DNA of 63,950 nt, filler included, from Octopus bimaculoides (GCF_001194135.2; 6 parts of 6 records of this genome joined end to end with filler, not necessarily neighbours in it), one strand, 5' to 3'. Counted from the whole stretch's first letter, positions 14,679 to 27,379 are shown. The notes: generated by a model not told the origin, from the sequence alone. Program-made: numbers and translations.

Positions 14679-14821
14679 CACATATATATATACATATATA
14701 TATACATATATATACATATACATACATATACATACATATATATATATGCATACATACATATATATATGCATACGTACATACACACACACACACACACGCA
14801 CACACACACACACACACACAT

Positions 14822-14864
<43 letters not shown>

Positions 14865-15317
14865 GCAATTTTTTACTATCCTTGAAAGCAAATGGTATGT
14901 CTCCAGGATCGTATTTAAATAACATGTATGCCTGTATCTGTATCGAATATGCGTGGTGCAAGGTTTTCAAGAAAACTAACGAACGAAAATGAATTAGTGA
15001 GATAAAAGTGGGAAAGGAGGGTTATAGATTAAAATGAAAATAAATTATTAATTTTGACATCAGTCCAATATTAAATTTATAGTCACTTCAAAAAGTAAAT
15101 ATAGATGTGTCTGTGTATATGCACACGCACGAATACACATATCCACAAACATACACACACATGCACACACAGACTACTAACACAAACACATACACACACT
15201 TAACACAAACACACACACATTTTAATACCAATCACACATCGCAAACGCACACACACAGTTACCACCACAGGCACACATGCTACCACCCACACACAAACAT
15301 ACAGTTACTTCCATACA

Positions 15318-15485
15318 CACGCTACCATACATACACTCGCTACCGTACACATACACACACACACACACGCTACCACACACACACACGCTACCACATACAC
15401 ACACGCTACCACACACACACACGCTACCACACACACACACGCTACCACACACACATACGCTACCACACACACACATAGACGCTAC
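15318..15485. repeat. minisatellite, ~18-bp unit CGCTACCACACACACACA
   Basis: About 9 tandem imperfect units visible. Confidence 0.9.
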
Positions 15486-15615
15486 CATACCATCTTCACG
15501 CTCCCCTTTTCCAGAAAGCACTCTATCTTTATTCCTTCTAATTTCAGTCACTTCAGAAATGTAACCTCACTCCGTCTTCCTTCTTCTTTCCCTTGCACTC
15601 TTCTCTTTTTTTTCT

Positions 15616-15649
15616 CTTTCCGAAGACGAGCTATGCTCGAAACTTAAAG
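15616..15649 (+). ncRNA. degenerate minimal hammerhead motif (family 2)
   Basis: CTTT-CCGAAGA-C-GAGC tat GCTC-GAAA-CTT-AAAG; stems I and II kept, core mutated. Confidence 0.5.
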
Positions 15650-15852
15650 CAAGTGCTTTCTTCTTCCCCTAAGGGTCATACTAATACATTGGTTTCCTAT
15701 GTCTCTCAATAAAATGGAATATTGTTGGTTGCGTATAATAAACAGTCGTAATTTATTCAAATACTTTCCGCTAACAATATTTAAATGTAATGTATGTCTG
15801 TGTACGCCTATAGTGTAGCGCGCAATGTCGTTAGGTTCACTTGTACATTTAG

Positions 15853-15939
15853 TTACGGTGGATTCCTATCGTCTTATTAACATAGTTTTAGGAGAGGTCA
15901 ATACATATGATCCTCTAAATCTGTCAATGTCTGCTAGTG
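15853..15939 (+). CDS. candidate 87-nt phase1-phase1 exon (TVDSYRLINIVLGEVNTYDPLNLSMSAS)
   Basis: Acceptor cttgtacatttag, donor G|gtgagt, frame-preserving length, open frame; product unidentified. Confidence 0.3.
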
Positions 15940-16424
15940 GTGAGTGGTTTAATAAAATATGTCTGGTTCTGTACGGGAATATAGTGAGCGTTTATAACTA
16001 CTTAAACACTTAAACACACACACAAACACACACGCACACGCACACGTTCATATCTACATACACAACTATATCTATATATATAGTCATATACACACGCGTA
16101 TATGTTGACATGTTCATTAAGAAGTTTGTACGTTTGAATTCATGTATACATATAAAGAGATATATTCAAACACGCATACACAGTGATACGCACCCACACT
16201 CTCAGACAGACGCTACCCGAACACACACGTTTCCTTTTTGTAATTTGGAAACGTAATTCAGCATTTGACTGATCTCAAAATTAATAATTTGTTCTCCTTT
16301 TCATATATATCTCTCCTTCTCCATTTCCATTATACATTTACGACTTCACACGTTACTTATAAAAAAAAAACGCTCCACAATGCGGAACACATGCCCAATA
16401 TGACTTCAATACACTAATAATCGA

Positions 16425-16622
16425 TTCTACTCTAGGCACAAGGCTTGAAATTTTGGGAAAGGGGCAAGTCGGTTACAACGAACCCTAGTACTTAATTGTC
16501 GATCCCGAAAGGATAAAAGGTGAAGTCGACTTCGGTGGAATTTGAACTCAGAACGTTGCGGCACACGAAATACCGCTCAGCATTACGCTAGGCGTGCTAA
16601 CGATCCTGCCAGCTCGCCGCCT
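16425..16622 (-). mobile_element. SINE family A
   Basis: Reverse complement begins GGCGGCGAGCTGGCAGGATCGTTAGCACGCC and contains CTGAGTTCAAATTCC (B-box). Confidence 0.88.
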
Positions 16623-16667
16623 ATCAATGCCCTAATAATGATACTTAAATACACACACACCTATATA

Positions 16668-16830
16668 GGGGTGGCTGTGTGGCAAGCAGTTTGCTCAGCA
16701 ACCACTTGGTCCGAGATTCAGTCTCTCTGCATAGCAATTTGGACAAGTGTCTTCCATTATACCTCCGGGTCTACCAATGACCTGTGAGTGCATTTGGTAG
16801 ACGGACATTGAAAGAAGGTTGTCTTACGCA
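16668..16830 (+). mobile_element. SINE family B head and CORE-like body, diverged
   Basis: GGGGTGGCTGTGTGGCAAGCAG...TTGGACAAGTGTCTT...GTGAGTGCATTTGGTAGACGG. Confidence 0.75.
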
Positions 16831-16846
16831 CACACAACACACGCAC

Positions 16847-16883
<37 letters not shown>

Positions 16884-16894
16884 TTAGTCTCTTA

Positions 16895-17395
16895 CATGTT
16901 TCACTCGTTTGACTGCGGCGACGCTGGAGCACCGCCTGTAGTCGAAGAAATCGACCTCTGGACTTATTCTATGTAAGCGTAGTACTAATTCTATCAGTGT
17001 CTTTTGACGAAACGTTATGTTTTAGGGACATAAACACATCAACACTGGTTGTCAAGGGATACTATGGGTAGGTGGGGGAAACAGACACAGAGACATACAT
17101 TCATAAATATATATATACACACACATTCATATATATATGTGTGTGCGAGTGTGTCTTCGTGTCTGTGTTTCCCCCACCCACACGCACTATCACTTGACAA
17201 TCGGTGTTTTTATGTCCCTAAAATTTATATATATATATATATGCACAAACAGCGTACTTCTTTCATTTTCCGTCTACGAAATTCAGTTACAAGGTTTTGG
17301 TAGGGCCGAGTCTATAGTAGAAGATATTTGCCCAAGATGCCACGCAGACTGAACCTGGAACCATGTGGTTTGAAAGCAAGCTCCTTACCACATAC
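16895..17395 (-). mobile_element. SINE family B (tail 16895-17090, microsatellite, head 17270-17395)
   Basis: Modules match 535-865; a plus-strand tail fragment is interleaved. Confidence 0.7.
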
Positions 17396-17427
17396 GCCTT
17401 TATTTGTGTATGTGTGTGTTTCTGTGA

Positions 17428-17477
<50 letters not shown>

Positions 17478-18546
17478 ATATGTTTCAGTCTGCGTTTGAC
17501 CACTCTACCGCTTGCGAACCTGCGTCGGTGTGTTTGCGTCCCCGTAAAAGAAGAAAAAAACTGTACTGGGGTCGATTTGTTGGACTAAAATTCCCTAAGG
17601 TAGTACCCCAGGGCGGCCGTAGTCTAATGACTGGCACTAGAATACGATAAAAACAAAATTAAAAGATACGTAAGCACATACTATTAACTAGTTACCAAAA
17701 TGTTATATTAGACACGCACACGCACACACACACATACATACACATACATACATACATACATACATACATACATTCATAGATGCATACATAGATGCATACA
17801 TACATACGTACATACACGCATGCACGCAAACAGGAACGCACACACGTACGCACGCACAAGGAGTTTGACAATCCAAAGCCATGGAATAGAATCATTAAAA
17901 TTCAAAGCAGCAGCTGATATAATTAATACCTGTGTGTGAGCTATCATAGGGGAACACCCACACGTTTCCCGAAATGTTTTCTTTTATTTTTCCCTATTAC
18001 TTTAGAAAGCTTGACTTAGTCAATATTTGTTTATGGAGTAGCTTCTGCCGAAATTCTCTGCCACTGTTGCAGCTAGCTTCTGCTACTGCAGCTGCTACTA
18101 CTACTATCACAAACTACTACTACTCTTACTACCTGAACGTCGATTTCATTCATATTAATATGAATTTACGTTCGTTAGCCACACCTACTACGTCCATTCT
18201 TTAACTCACGTTTACCTTCATTCAACTCAAGCGAAGCTACTAACACCTAATGTGTATCTTGTGCACGCCTTATAACTGCCACCACTGCTACCAGCTTCAA
18301 ACATAGTAATGATAAAACTACTTTTACCATAATTGGTGCCATCTCATACTCACCTACCACTTCTCTCTTTCCTCCTATTCTTTCACAAGTCCATGCACAT
18401 TTTTCACTGATTCTATGAGCCAATGGAATCTTTTGAAGTGTCCTGTAAACAGCTCACGTGTTAGCACCACAATGCACACATACATATACGTACATAGATG
18501 CACACACACAAACACTCACACAAGCATACACACACACACACACACA

Positions 18547-18602
<56 letters not shown>

Positions 18603-21299
18603 GCACACACTCGTTCTACGAGGGACACTCTAACCGCGCCCACAAGCACAGACAAAGCCACCCACGCATTTCAACATCATTGACAGCATCTTCATCGTGG
18701 CAGTCATTACAATAATCGTAATCAATACCAACAGCAAGTAACACATTTGTCTTTGTTATCTCTACCGGAGACAACATCACTAATTCTTCAGACAAGTACC
18801 ACCTTTTGGAAAACTATGCGTGTAGTACACGTGACTTCCCCACACAGCCAATCATAACCTCGTGTAAATATGATAATTCACAAAATAAAACACGTGCAGA
18901 GACAGCTGCAACTCAATCAGAACCACCAACCATAGTTCTTTTCCCCAATAAATTCAGTAGATGCCTTGAAATCACAATCAGATCTATTGACAAAAAAAAT
19001 CTGTTCAACTTGTATTTTTTAAAATTTTATCTTGGCCTCACCCGTGCTCAATAAACTATATTCATTCATACTGCTAAAATGACCTGGAAAATACCATCAG
19101 AAATTTAAAACATAGTCCTATGTTGACTGATATAGATAGGAATTGAAGTCTAGGCAAAAATGTTAACAGTGTCCTTAAAAAAATACTATTATTGCCACTG
19201 TACATCAAACGCATCGCCGGCAATATTCGCACAACAGCTAACACACAATTAAGAAGTGTCTGTGTTTAATACGGCTACAAATATCAGTAATACGAACACC
19301 ACTAAACTAGTAATATCTAATTTACCAGCAGTGTCTTTATAGTCATGATATGGACTTTGAAGACACGAACAATGCAAACATAGTCTAACTGCAGCAAGCC
19401 ATTACACGATTATAGCACGGCAACATGAATGAACTATGCTTGTACTAATTACTTTAGATAGTTATGTTGTCACCAGAAGATATAAACAGCCCCGTAGTTG
19501 TTCCTGACATTCACACACATGTACATCTAGGATGATAGCTGAAGGAAGACAGAGCTGCATCGGTATTTACAACTGCATAGACCAAAGTAATGGGGAAATG
19601 AAGTTCATTTCTCAAGGACATGAAGCAATCCCACCTGCTTCCGCTATTTAATTCAGATCATTATGATCATTAGGTGAAAACCCTAGCTACAAGACCACGC
19701 GCTTTCATAAAGTTTAATAACAAAAACTTGAGAGTTACTAGTACTGCATTTACAAAGATCATCGATTTTATACTAGTAGTATATCTAAGCCACAAGCAAT
19801 ACGACAATGAATATCACTCAATGACTCGGAATAATATCATCAAATCATTGTTTCCATCAAGATTGGCTCTAGCGTAATGAGCTGGGAAATTATTTTCACG
19901 CTGTACAAAATGCATAGCGGGAGTTTCTCCAACTTATTACATTCTTAGATCAAATTCCTCCGGGTCAACTTTGTTTTTCATCTTCTCGGAGTCGATAAAA
20001 TAAGGTGCGATTCTAGTACTTGGGTCGATTCAATCGACTAATCCCTCACCTGAAATTGCTGGCCTTGTGCTAAAATTTGAAACCGGTATTATGACAGGCA
20101 CAATCAATACAACCACAACTTTGGAAGCAACCATAATCAAGCGGTTACTAAGTTCGCTAATCTCTACAGTTTTTTTAGTTTCCCAAAGCGAAAATTTCGA
20201 CAAGTATTTCAACTATTCCTACCTGTCAATCAAAAGCTTAAGAGCGAAATTTGATAGATGAAAACTATTTTGAGCGACCTCCATTTGTGCACCTAAGTAA
20301 CTGACCCTACAAGTTCCATGTTGCTCTCATCACGTAACCCTTTAGTTTTACTACTGTAGTTCGCTGTGCTATATGCATCCAGACCAGTCTTTCTGGTTGA
20401 GTATAACTAGGAGAAGCAGCGTCCCTATCACTGGTTTTCCCAAAACCAGCCATAGGGACACTCCTTCCCCTTCTATGACAGAATTTTAATAAAATGTTAT
20501 ACGGCAATTTGTTATAAGCATCTTGAAATTAATTTGGGCTATTAACATATATTACAAACATTTACCGTCGGAAACGAACTCAAGCCAAAACAATTAGCAC
20601 CATCACTTGCTACGATGAGTACACATTTAACTAAGCCTCATATCAGCATTTATTCAGCATTACACCACGTTCGGCCAATACATTTATTGTGTGAATCGAC
20701 TATGTGTAAATTCTTCATTCTGGTCGCATTCGGTCTATGAATATTTGTATAGAGTAATGCGATGGTTATATAAACATAATAATATTCTACTAAAAATAGT
20801 TCCTTTAATTTTAGTTCTTGTCGTGTTAATTTCAATAATTCATTTCTTTTATTCTTGCTTTCTTTTTCAATTTTTATTTCGCTTAAATTTATTCGATTTA
20901 TGGTTTGTTTGCTGAAATGTACGGTGTATTCTGTACAACATATAATGTATGTCAAATTATCCTTTTGGAGATCTGATTTATGAGAACAAATTTTCATTAC
21001 GCCTACTGAAAACAGTTATGTCCCATACCTGATATAATTACTGTTATATATTGACCATTATTTAATACTAGAAGCCGTCCCCATAGTGTTCCTGATAACG
21101 CTACATTTTTCTCCGGAACCACCACCGCAACCATGACTACGGCTTACTACAAATATCATTGTTACTAACACGAATGTAACACTTGCGCTGTAGAAAGCAT
21201 TATTTTTGTTTTATATCAGAAAAATTATTACTTTTAAGACACATTTCTAACAGCAGGCTAAAGCAATACAAACGAAACAAAAAACTACTGCTGTTACAA

Positions 21300-21433
21300 C
21301 TATACCACCACCACCACCACCACCACTGCCGCCGCCAACACCACTACTGCTACTACTACTATTACTTATACTACTACTAATGCTGCCAATACTACTAACG
21401 CTACTGCTGCTGCTACTACTACTAACGCTACTG

Positions 21434-21479
<46 letters not shown>

Positions 21480-21485
21480 TACTAA
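21300..21485. repeat. compound trinucleotide microsatellite (CAC/CGC/TAC/TGC)n
   Basis: Direct reading. Confidence 0.95.
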
Positions 21486-21911
21486 GTGATATTTGCCAAA
21501 TTGTAAGTGCCAACTTAAAATTCTATCACAAAAATCACCACATTCATCAACATATTTAGTTAAATTCTATTAGCTGTAATACTTGCTAACTGCCAGCCAC
21601 CTTATACATGGTGCCTGCTGTCTTTGCTAAAGATACGGTTGGTAAATGTGCTATCAAGACCATTAACCCGCCCCACTGCTACTATAACCGTTGTATTCAT
21701 TCTCTTATTCTCTCACATACGTCAGTTCACTCAATTATGAAGTAAACCGGACAGATATCACTGCAATTATCACCAACGAATGAGTTTCGTTCACCCTCCT
21801 TAATCGAGAGTCTACTAATAGCTACTAAATTCTCTCAGTCGCACCTGAAAGTGCCAGAAGTAAAACAACAAATTGAATAAGAGCCCCTGAGTTCTCTGCA
21901 CGAAGAAGAAA

Positions 21912-21975
<64 letters not shown>

Positions 21976-22671
21976 GTTGTTTGATTACTTTATTCGCAGG
22001 AATAAAGGATTAAGCATCAACTGCTGTTAAACTACAAGGAAAAGAATACCAATATCCGTCACCGTGAACGGAATTTTCGCCATTACTATATTTGTGAAAT
22101 ATAACAGGTAATTCGACATTTCGTCAGCAATTGCTATGAGAAAAAAGAGAGGGAAATACTGCTGATTGTAATGCTGGATACAATATGCGTGTAAACTTTA
22201 AGAGTATTCACAACTGGAACATAATTTTTCATATGTCACTTAGATCATGTGATAAATAGGCACTAAAGAGTGAACATTGCTGCCACTAATATCGTAAGCC
22301 CAGATCGCCATAACGGTTACTCTAACAAATATTATCACTAATACCCTCCCCAGTATTACACAAAAACCCTACTACAACTACCACTTCATATATTACTTTA
22401 AAACAACACCTCGAAATGCTTATAATTGATGAAAGGTAAAAAAGCCGGCCTAATGAAAGCATGATCACGAAAGAGTAACCGAACAGTCGAAGGTTTATGA
22501 TGATGAGACTTGCGTAGAGCAGATAAAAGTCATAATAAAACTCAGTATTTCTTAAAACTAAAAGAAACGCCTAAGAAATATACCACCTCACTTAAAGTAA
22601 GGGTCTACGATACTAAAAACAGGGTACATTATTTATATTGGACGGATATGCGTCCTCATCTCGTTTGTTGT

Positions 22672-22720
22672 TAGCACAACGTTTCAGCTGATTTACTCTC
22701 CACCCTTCATCAGGTGTCCT
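22672..22720 (-). ncRNA. minimal type-I hammerhead ribozyme motif (family 1), core intact
   Basis: Minus strand: GACAC-CTGATGA-A-GGGTG gagagtaaat CAGCT-GAAA-CGT-T^-GTGCT. Stem I GACAC/GTGCT, palindromic ACGT stem III, GUU triplet. Confidence 0.65.
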
Positions 22721-22891
22721 GCTAGAGTTTACGTTATATTTTGTCCCGAAAAGATTAAGAGTAAAGTCGATCTCGGCGGGATTTGAACTCAAAACGTGAA
22801 GACGGACGAAATGCCGCTAAGCAGTTGGCCGGCGTATAGAAACAGATTACGATATATGCCCATGGGCATATAGTGTAATGGTTAAGAGCGC

Positions 22892-23760
22892 AGACAAAAG
22901 CACATGAAAATTTAGCTAGCAGATGGGAACAGAAACCTCTGCATGGCAAGTATGTGGCTCGTAGCAAACAAGCTGATGTCGACCAGAAACGCACGCATCA
23001 ATGGTTACGAAGTTCAGGGCTAAAAGCAGAGAGTGAAGGTTTCATATTGGCTGCTCAAGACCAAAGCTTATTAACCCGGAACTACCAAGCCAATGTGATA
23101 AAAAATAGAGCTGACCCAAAATGCCGATTTTGTAACGATGCGATTGAAGCTATAGACCACCTAATCTCAGGGAGTAGAGTCTTAGCACCTGTAGAATATA
23201 AAGCAAGACATGACANNNNNNNNNNNNNNNNNNNNNNNNNNNNNNNNNNNNNNNNNNNNNNNNNNNNNNNNNNNNNNNNNNNNNNNNNNNNNNNNNNNNN
23301 NNNNNNNNNNNNNNNNNNNNNNNNNNNNNNNNNNNNNNNNNNNNNNNNNNNNNNNNNNNNNNNNNNNNNNNNNNNNNNNNNNNNNNNNNNNNNNNNNNNN
23401 NNNNNNNNNNNNNNNNNNNNNNNNNNNNNNNNNNNNNNNNNNNNNNNNNNNNNNNNNNNNNNNNNNNNNNNNNNNNNNNNNNNNNNNNNNNNNNNNNNNN
23501 NNNNNNNNNNNNNNNNNNNNNNNNNCATCACTACAGGAAGTGCAAAAAATCGTGCTAACTGGAACGGCTCATGTACTGAGAAGAGCATTATCGCTGTGAA
23601 AACAACATCCATTCATGATTTTTTTTTTCTTAAATACATGTTTTACCTGTGAAATTGCGTGTGTAAACTGGGAATGTATACAACGAGTTTCTCTGCTCTA
23701 GGTGTACGGAAAACACTCGGCGAGAAATGAAAGAAAATTTGAAGAAAGAAGAAAAAAAAA
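22892..23760 (+). mobile_element. R4/Dong-like LINE, 5'-truncated (C-terminal CCHC/REL region and 3' UTR)
   Basis: WEQKPLHGKY..WLRSSGLKAESEGFILAAQDQSLL..CRFC..IDHLISG..EYKARHD [gap] QEVQKIVLTGTAHVLRRALSL, followed by an A-rich and (AAT)n tail. Confidence 0.85.
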
Positions 23761-23778
23761 CAACAACATAATAATAAC

Positions 23779-23813
<35 letters not shown>

Positions 23814-23819
23814 CATCAG

Positions 23820-23960
23820 CAAAAAAAAAACTTAGGAATGAGAACCCAGGGCTGGGTTCAAAATTCTACCAGGACACCTGCTAAAGACTGGGGAGTAAAT
23901 CAGCTGCACCTTTTCGGTAACAACAAACAAGATGAGGACACATATCAGTCCAATGAAAAT
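23820..23960 (+). mobile_element. hammerhead-bearing body of family 1, core decayed
   Basis: CTTAGGAATGAGAACCCAGG..GGACAC-CTGCTAA-A-GACTG..CAGCT-GCAC..AACAACAAACAAGATGAGGAC, colinear with 31003-31138 (minus). Confidence 0.75.
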
Positions 23961-24104
23961 AAGGTGCAGAATTCTTCATCTCTAAAAAAATATATATATA
24001 GAACAGTAAAGGCATGATAGCCAGTCAGTTAACCAACTTGAAAAACTGAAAAATCGTTTGCGATAATGTATAGTAGGAAAACGAAAAGGTTAAGATCTGT
24101 TTCT

Positions 24105-24295
24105 ATATGCCGGCACGTGCTTAGCAGCATTTCGTCCGTCTTCATGTTTTGAGTTCAAATTCCGCTGAGATCGACTTTACTTTTAATCTTTTCAGGGCCG
24201 ACAGAATACGTAACAGCTGAGCACTGAAATCGTTATCATCGACTTCACCCCACCCCAGAAATTGTTGCTTCGAGCCACAATTTGATACTATTAAT
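24105..24295 (+). mobile_element. SINE family A
   Basis: GCTTAGCAGCATTTCGTCCG..TGAGTTCAAATTCCGCTGAGATCGACTTT. Confidence 0.8.
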
Positions 24296-24974
24296 TATAT
24301 TTTTACGCAGTTATGGACAACTTGTGTCTAAATAGCAACATCTAATAAAACACCGTGTATTTTTAGAGCTGAGAGCTAATTTTTGAATTATCACACTCTG
24401 TTAAACATATCAGCCAAGGGAAAAAAATTAAGAATTAATTACAAAATTATTTTAATAATAATAATACAAAGAGAAAATGACATCAAATACCTCGTTGAAC
24501 ACCGCGACAGGATTCAAACAATAATAATCACTACGTTTGTTCACATAAAAACATACAACAAAAATGTCTTTATAAATATCACACTGAAAGAGTACTCGAA
24601 TAGGTGGTCGTGATATTGCTCGCTATCAATAAAAAAATAATCATTTAAAAAAATTTTTCGTAGTTAAGGAACTCAAGAAATTATTGTTTGCATCATGGCT
24701 GGCTGTACACCATTATGTGACACAAAAATCCCCAACGAATTGTCCACCATCTTGGTACGCAACAACAATTGTGTGTTACAGCAGGAAACTCCAAAATAAG
24801 CAATATTTGTCATATGTACAAAATCCACAAATATCCAGACATGCACAATAAATTAAAAAGAAAATTCTAGAATCTTATTGATGGTGATATCCAGCTTCTT
24901 ACGTTTATGCCAACACTCAAATAACAGTAATATTAATAAATTTATTAATCTAAAGAACAATACCATTTATGAAT

Positions 24975-25125
24975 GTTCTGAGTTCAAATTTCGCCGAGAT
25001 CGACTTTGCATTTCATCCTTCCGGTGTCGATAAACTAAGTACCAGTTTCGTACTGGGGTCGATCTAATGGACTGGTACCCTTCCCACCAAAACATTTTCC
25101 AGCCTTTTCCCTAGAGTAGAAAAGT
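24975..25125 (+). mobile_element. SINE family A, 5'-truncated
   Basis: GTTCTGAGTTCAAATTTCGCCGAGATCGACTTTGC..GTACTGGGGTCGATC. Confidence 0.8.
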
Positions 25126-25914
25126 ATATTCTAAGGTTTGTGTAATTATAACGTCTGGTTTGCAAATTTCGTATTTGAGAGCAGATTATTCTCGGTTTTC
25201 ATAAAATCGAAACAACATGGCTCCGTGAAGGTATGCGAAATATTCTATTAGAAGACACGTATCTCCTGAAATTTACTCAACGTTCATGTCAATGTATCGT
25301 GCTAATTTACCCGGCAATTTGTCATCTGAGAACAAGCCTGATCTTTAGTCAATAATAACAATTCAGTAATAGATACCTGATATTTATAAGATTGATGTAA
25401 TTGAGTAAATTAAATTTAGTTAACATAATAACACGTAAGGAATAATTTAATGGCTAACTACTATTAGTTGTTTGACAGTTCTATAAACTGGAAGAACGGT
25501 TTTACGTTTCTGCCGGGTAAAACGTTATACAGATTAATGACACGTATCAAATGGGAATTATTGTCAAGCATGTAATTAAATGACGAACGGAAGATTAAGG
25601 GAAACAAATGGAAGTTCAAAAGTAATTGAATTGGGTGAATTGGGAGCATTCGAATATACAACTGTCTCGTTATGCGTTCCATATGGGACAATATATAGTG
25701 CATGATTACACGCCAAACAATTTGGTTAGCGGAAATTCTTCCTGCTTTACTCTTTGAGATCAAATGCCGCTGGAGTCTACATTGACCTTCAAAATTCGGA
25801 GTTGATAAAATGCACACAGACACACACGCATATATATANNNNNNNNNNNNNNNNNNNNNNNNNNNNNNNNNNNNNNNNNNNNNNNNNNNATATATATATA
25901 TATATATATATATA

Positions 25915-26440
25915 CAGTGTCCGGTCTGTCAATATGCTAGAAGAAGCTCACTTAGGATCTCCCAAAAAATGTTTTCATGAACCTTCTGATTCTTTTAATG
26001 TGCTAGTTTCCTGGTATTAAATTGATGTTAATTAATATCGAATTTTTACCATATTATGTCAGTTAACCATAATCACATTTCTCAAAGTTGGTAAATTCAA
26101 AGCAGAAATTATTTTCTGCAGAGATATTTTCCGGATTCAGCGCGCCAAAACTAAGACTTTTCAATTTTAATCTTTATAATGGATAGAATCACGTGCACGT
26201 TTTCGCTGGTTGAAGACAACTAGCACGAGATTCTGTTCGATTATAAGAATATCGGCAATCTGTACTGATGATAAATAGATACTTTTATTTTGGAAGTATT
26301 GATTTTGAAACTATAGTCTGCAGATAATCGAGGTATGTACAATTTTCACTGGTCTAGCCCGCCTGTTTTTGCTCCGCTGAATCCGTATTTGAGAATTCTT
26401 TAAGTGAGCTTCTTCTAGCATATTGACAGACCGGTCACTG
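25915..26440. mobile_element. MITE with ~40-bp TIRs (CAGTG[T/A]CCGGTCTGTCAATATGCTAGAAGAAGCTCACTTA)
   Basis: 25915-25954 and 26401-26440 are reverse complements with 1 mismatch; no ORF. Confidence 0.85.
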
Positions 26441-26477
26441 GTCAATCTTATATACACAAGTTCTATAATCTTTTTCG

Positions 26478-26580
26478 GATCTCCCAAAAATTTTTTTCAT
26501 GAACCTTCTGATTCTTTTAATGTGCTAGTTTCCTGGTATTAAATTGATATTAATTAATATCGAATTTTTACCATATTATG

Positions 26581-26581
<1 letters not shown>
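26478..26581 (+). repeat. direct duplicate of the MITE interior (25957-26060)
   Basis: GATCTCCCAAAAA..GAACCTTCTGATTCTTTTAATGTGCTAGTTTCCTGG..CCATATTATGT repeated almost identically. Confidence 0.9.
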
Positions 26582-26612
<31 letters not shown>

Positions 26613-26917
26613 TTAGTTATGCACACAGGGTCGATGTAGTCGACTAGCCTCCCCATCACAAATTTCATGCTTTTCAGAAACAATAATTATTGGTATTAAA
26701 TTGGTGTGCTGGCAGCATCTCTAGTACGGCGGACAAAATGATTGACATTTTTTTTTTATATCTGTTCTACTTTACGAGTTCAAATACCTCCAAGGTCAAA
26801 CTTGCCTTTCACCTTTGAGGATTGTTAAAATAAGAACCACATTCTTAATAGGGACCATGTAATTCATTTTCCTAATCTCCTCAATTTGATGGTCCCGTAC
26901 CTAATTTGAAACCATAA

Positions 26918-27021
26918 GATGTATTAAAGAGGGTTTGAAACCATGGAGAGATACAATATAATTCTACGGAGATAGAATTATATTGTATCTCTCCATGGTT
27001 CCAAACCTTCTTTAATGCATC
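26918..27021. repeat. 104-bp near-perfect palindrome (49-bp arms, 6-nt loop)
   Basis: Arms 26918-26966 and 26973-27021 with 3 differences. Confidence 0.95.
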
Positions 27022-27336
27022 AAGAATAATGCTATGACGTATTGGGTCAACTCTTCACGATTTGCATCCAAATTTCACCTTTCACCATTTCGTAGCCAAT
27101 GGAATAATGTACTATTCACGCATTGAGGTTGATGTAATCGATTTACCCTGCATTCCAAATTGCTAGTTTTGTACTAGAATTAGAAAGAACTATTTATTGT
27201 TTCACTCTCTTAAGGGATACAATCATTTACGTCCTTTGGCTGCATTCTTGTCATATTTCACTATCTATATGATGTGAAACTATCAGTGTAAAACTCGTAT
27301 AATGCATATATACCCACTTCTTCCACCTCTGTCTCG

Positions 27337-27379
<43 letters not shown>

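Noticed and set aside
25464-25823. 119-aa minus-strand ORF
   Set aside because: It starts in a microsatellite, has no recognisable domain and no splice context.
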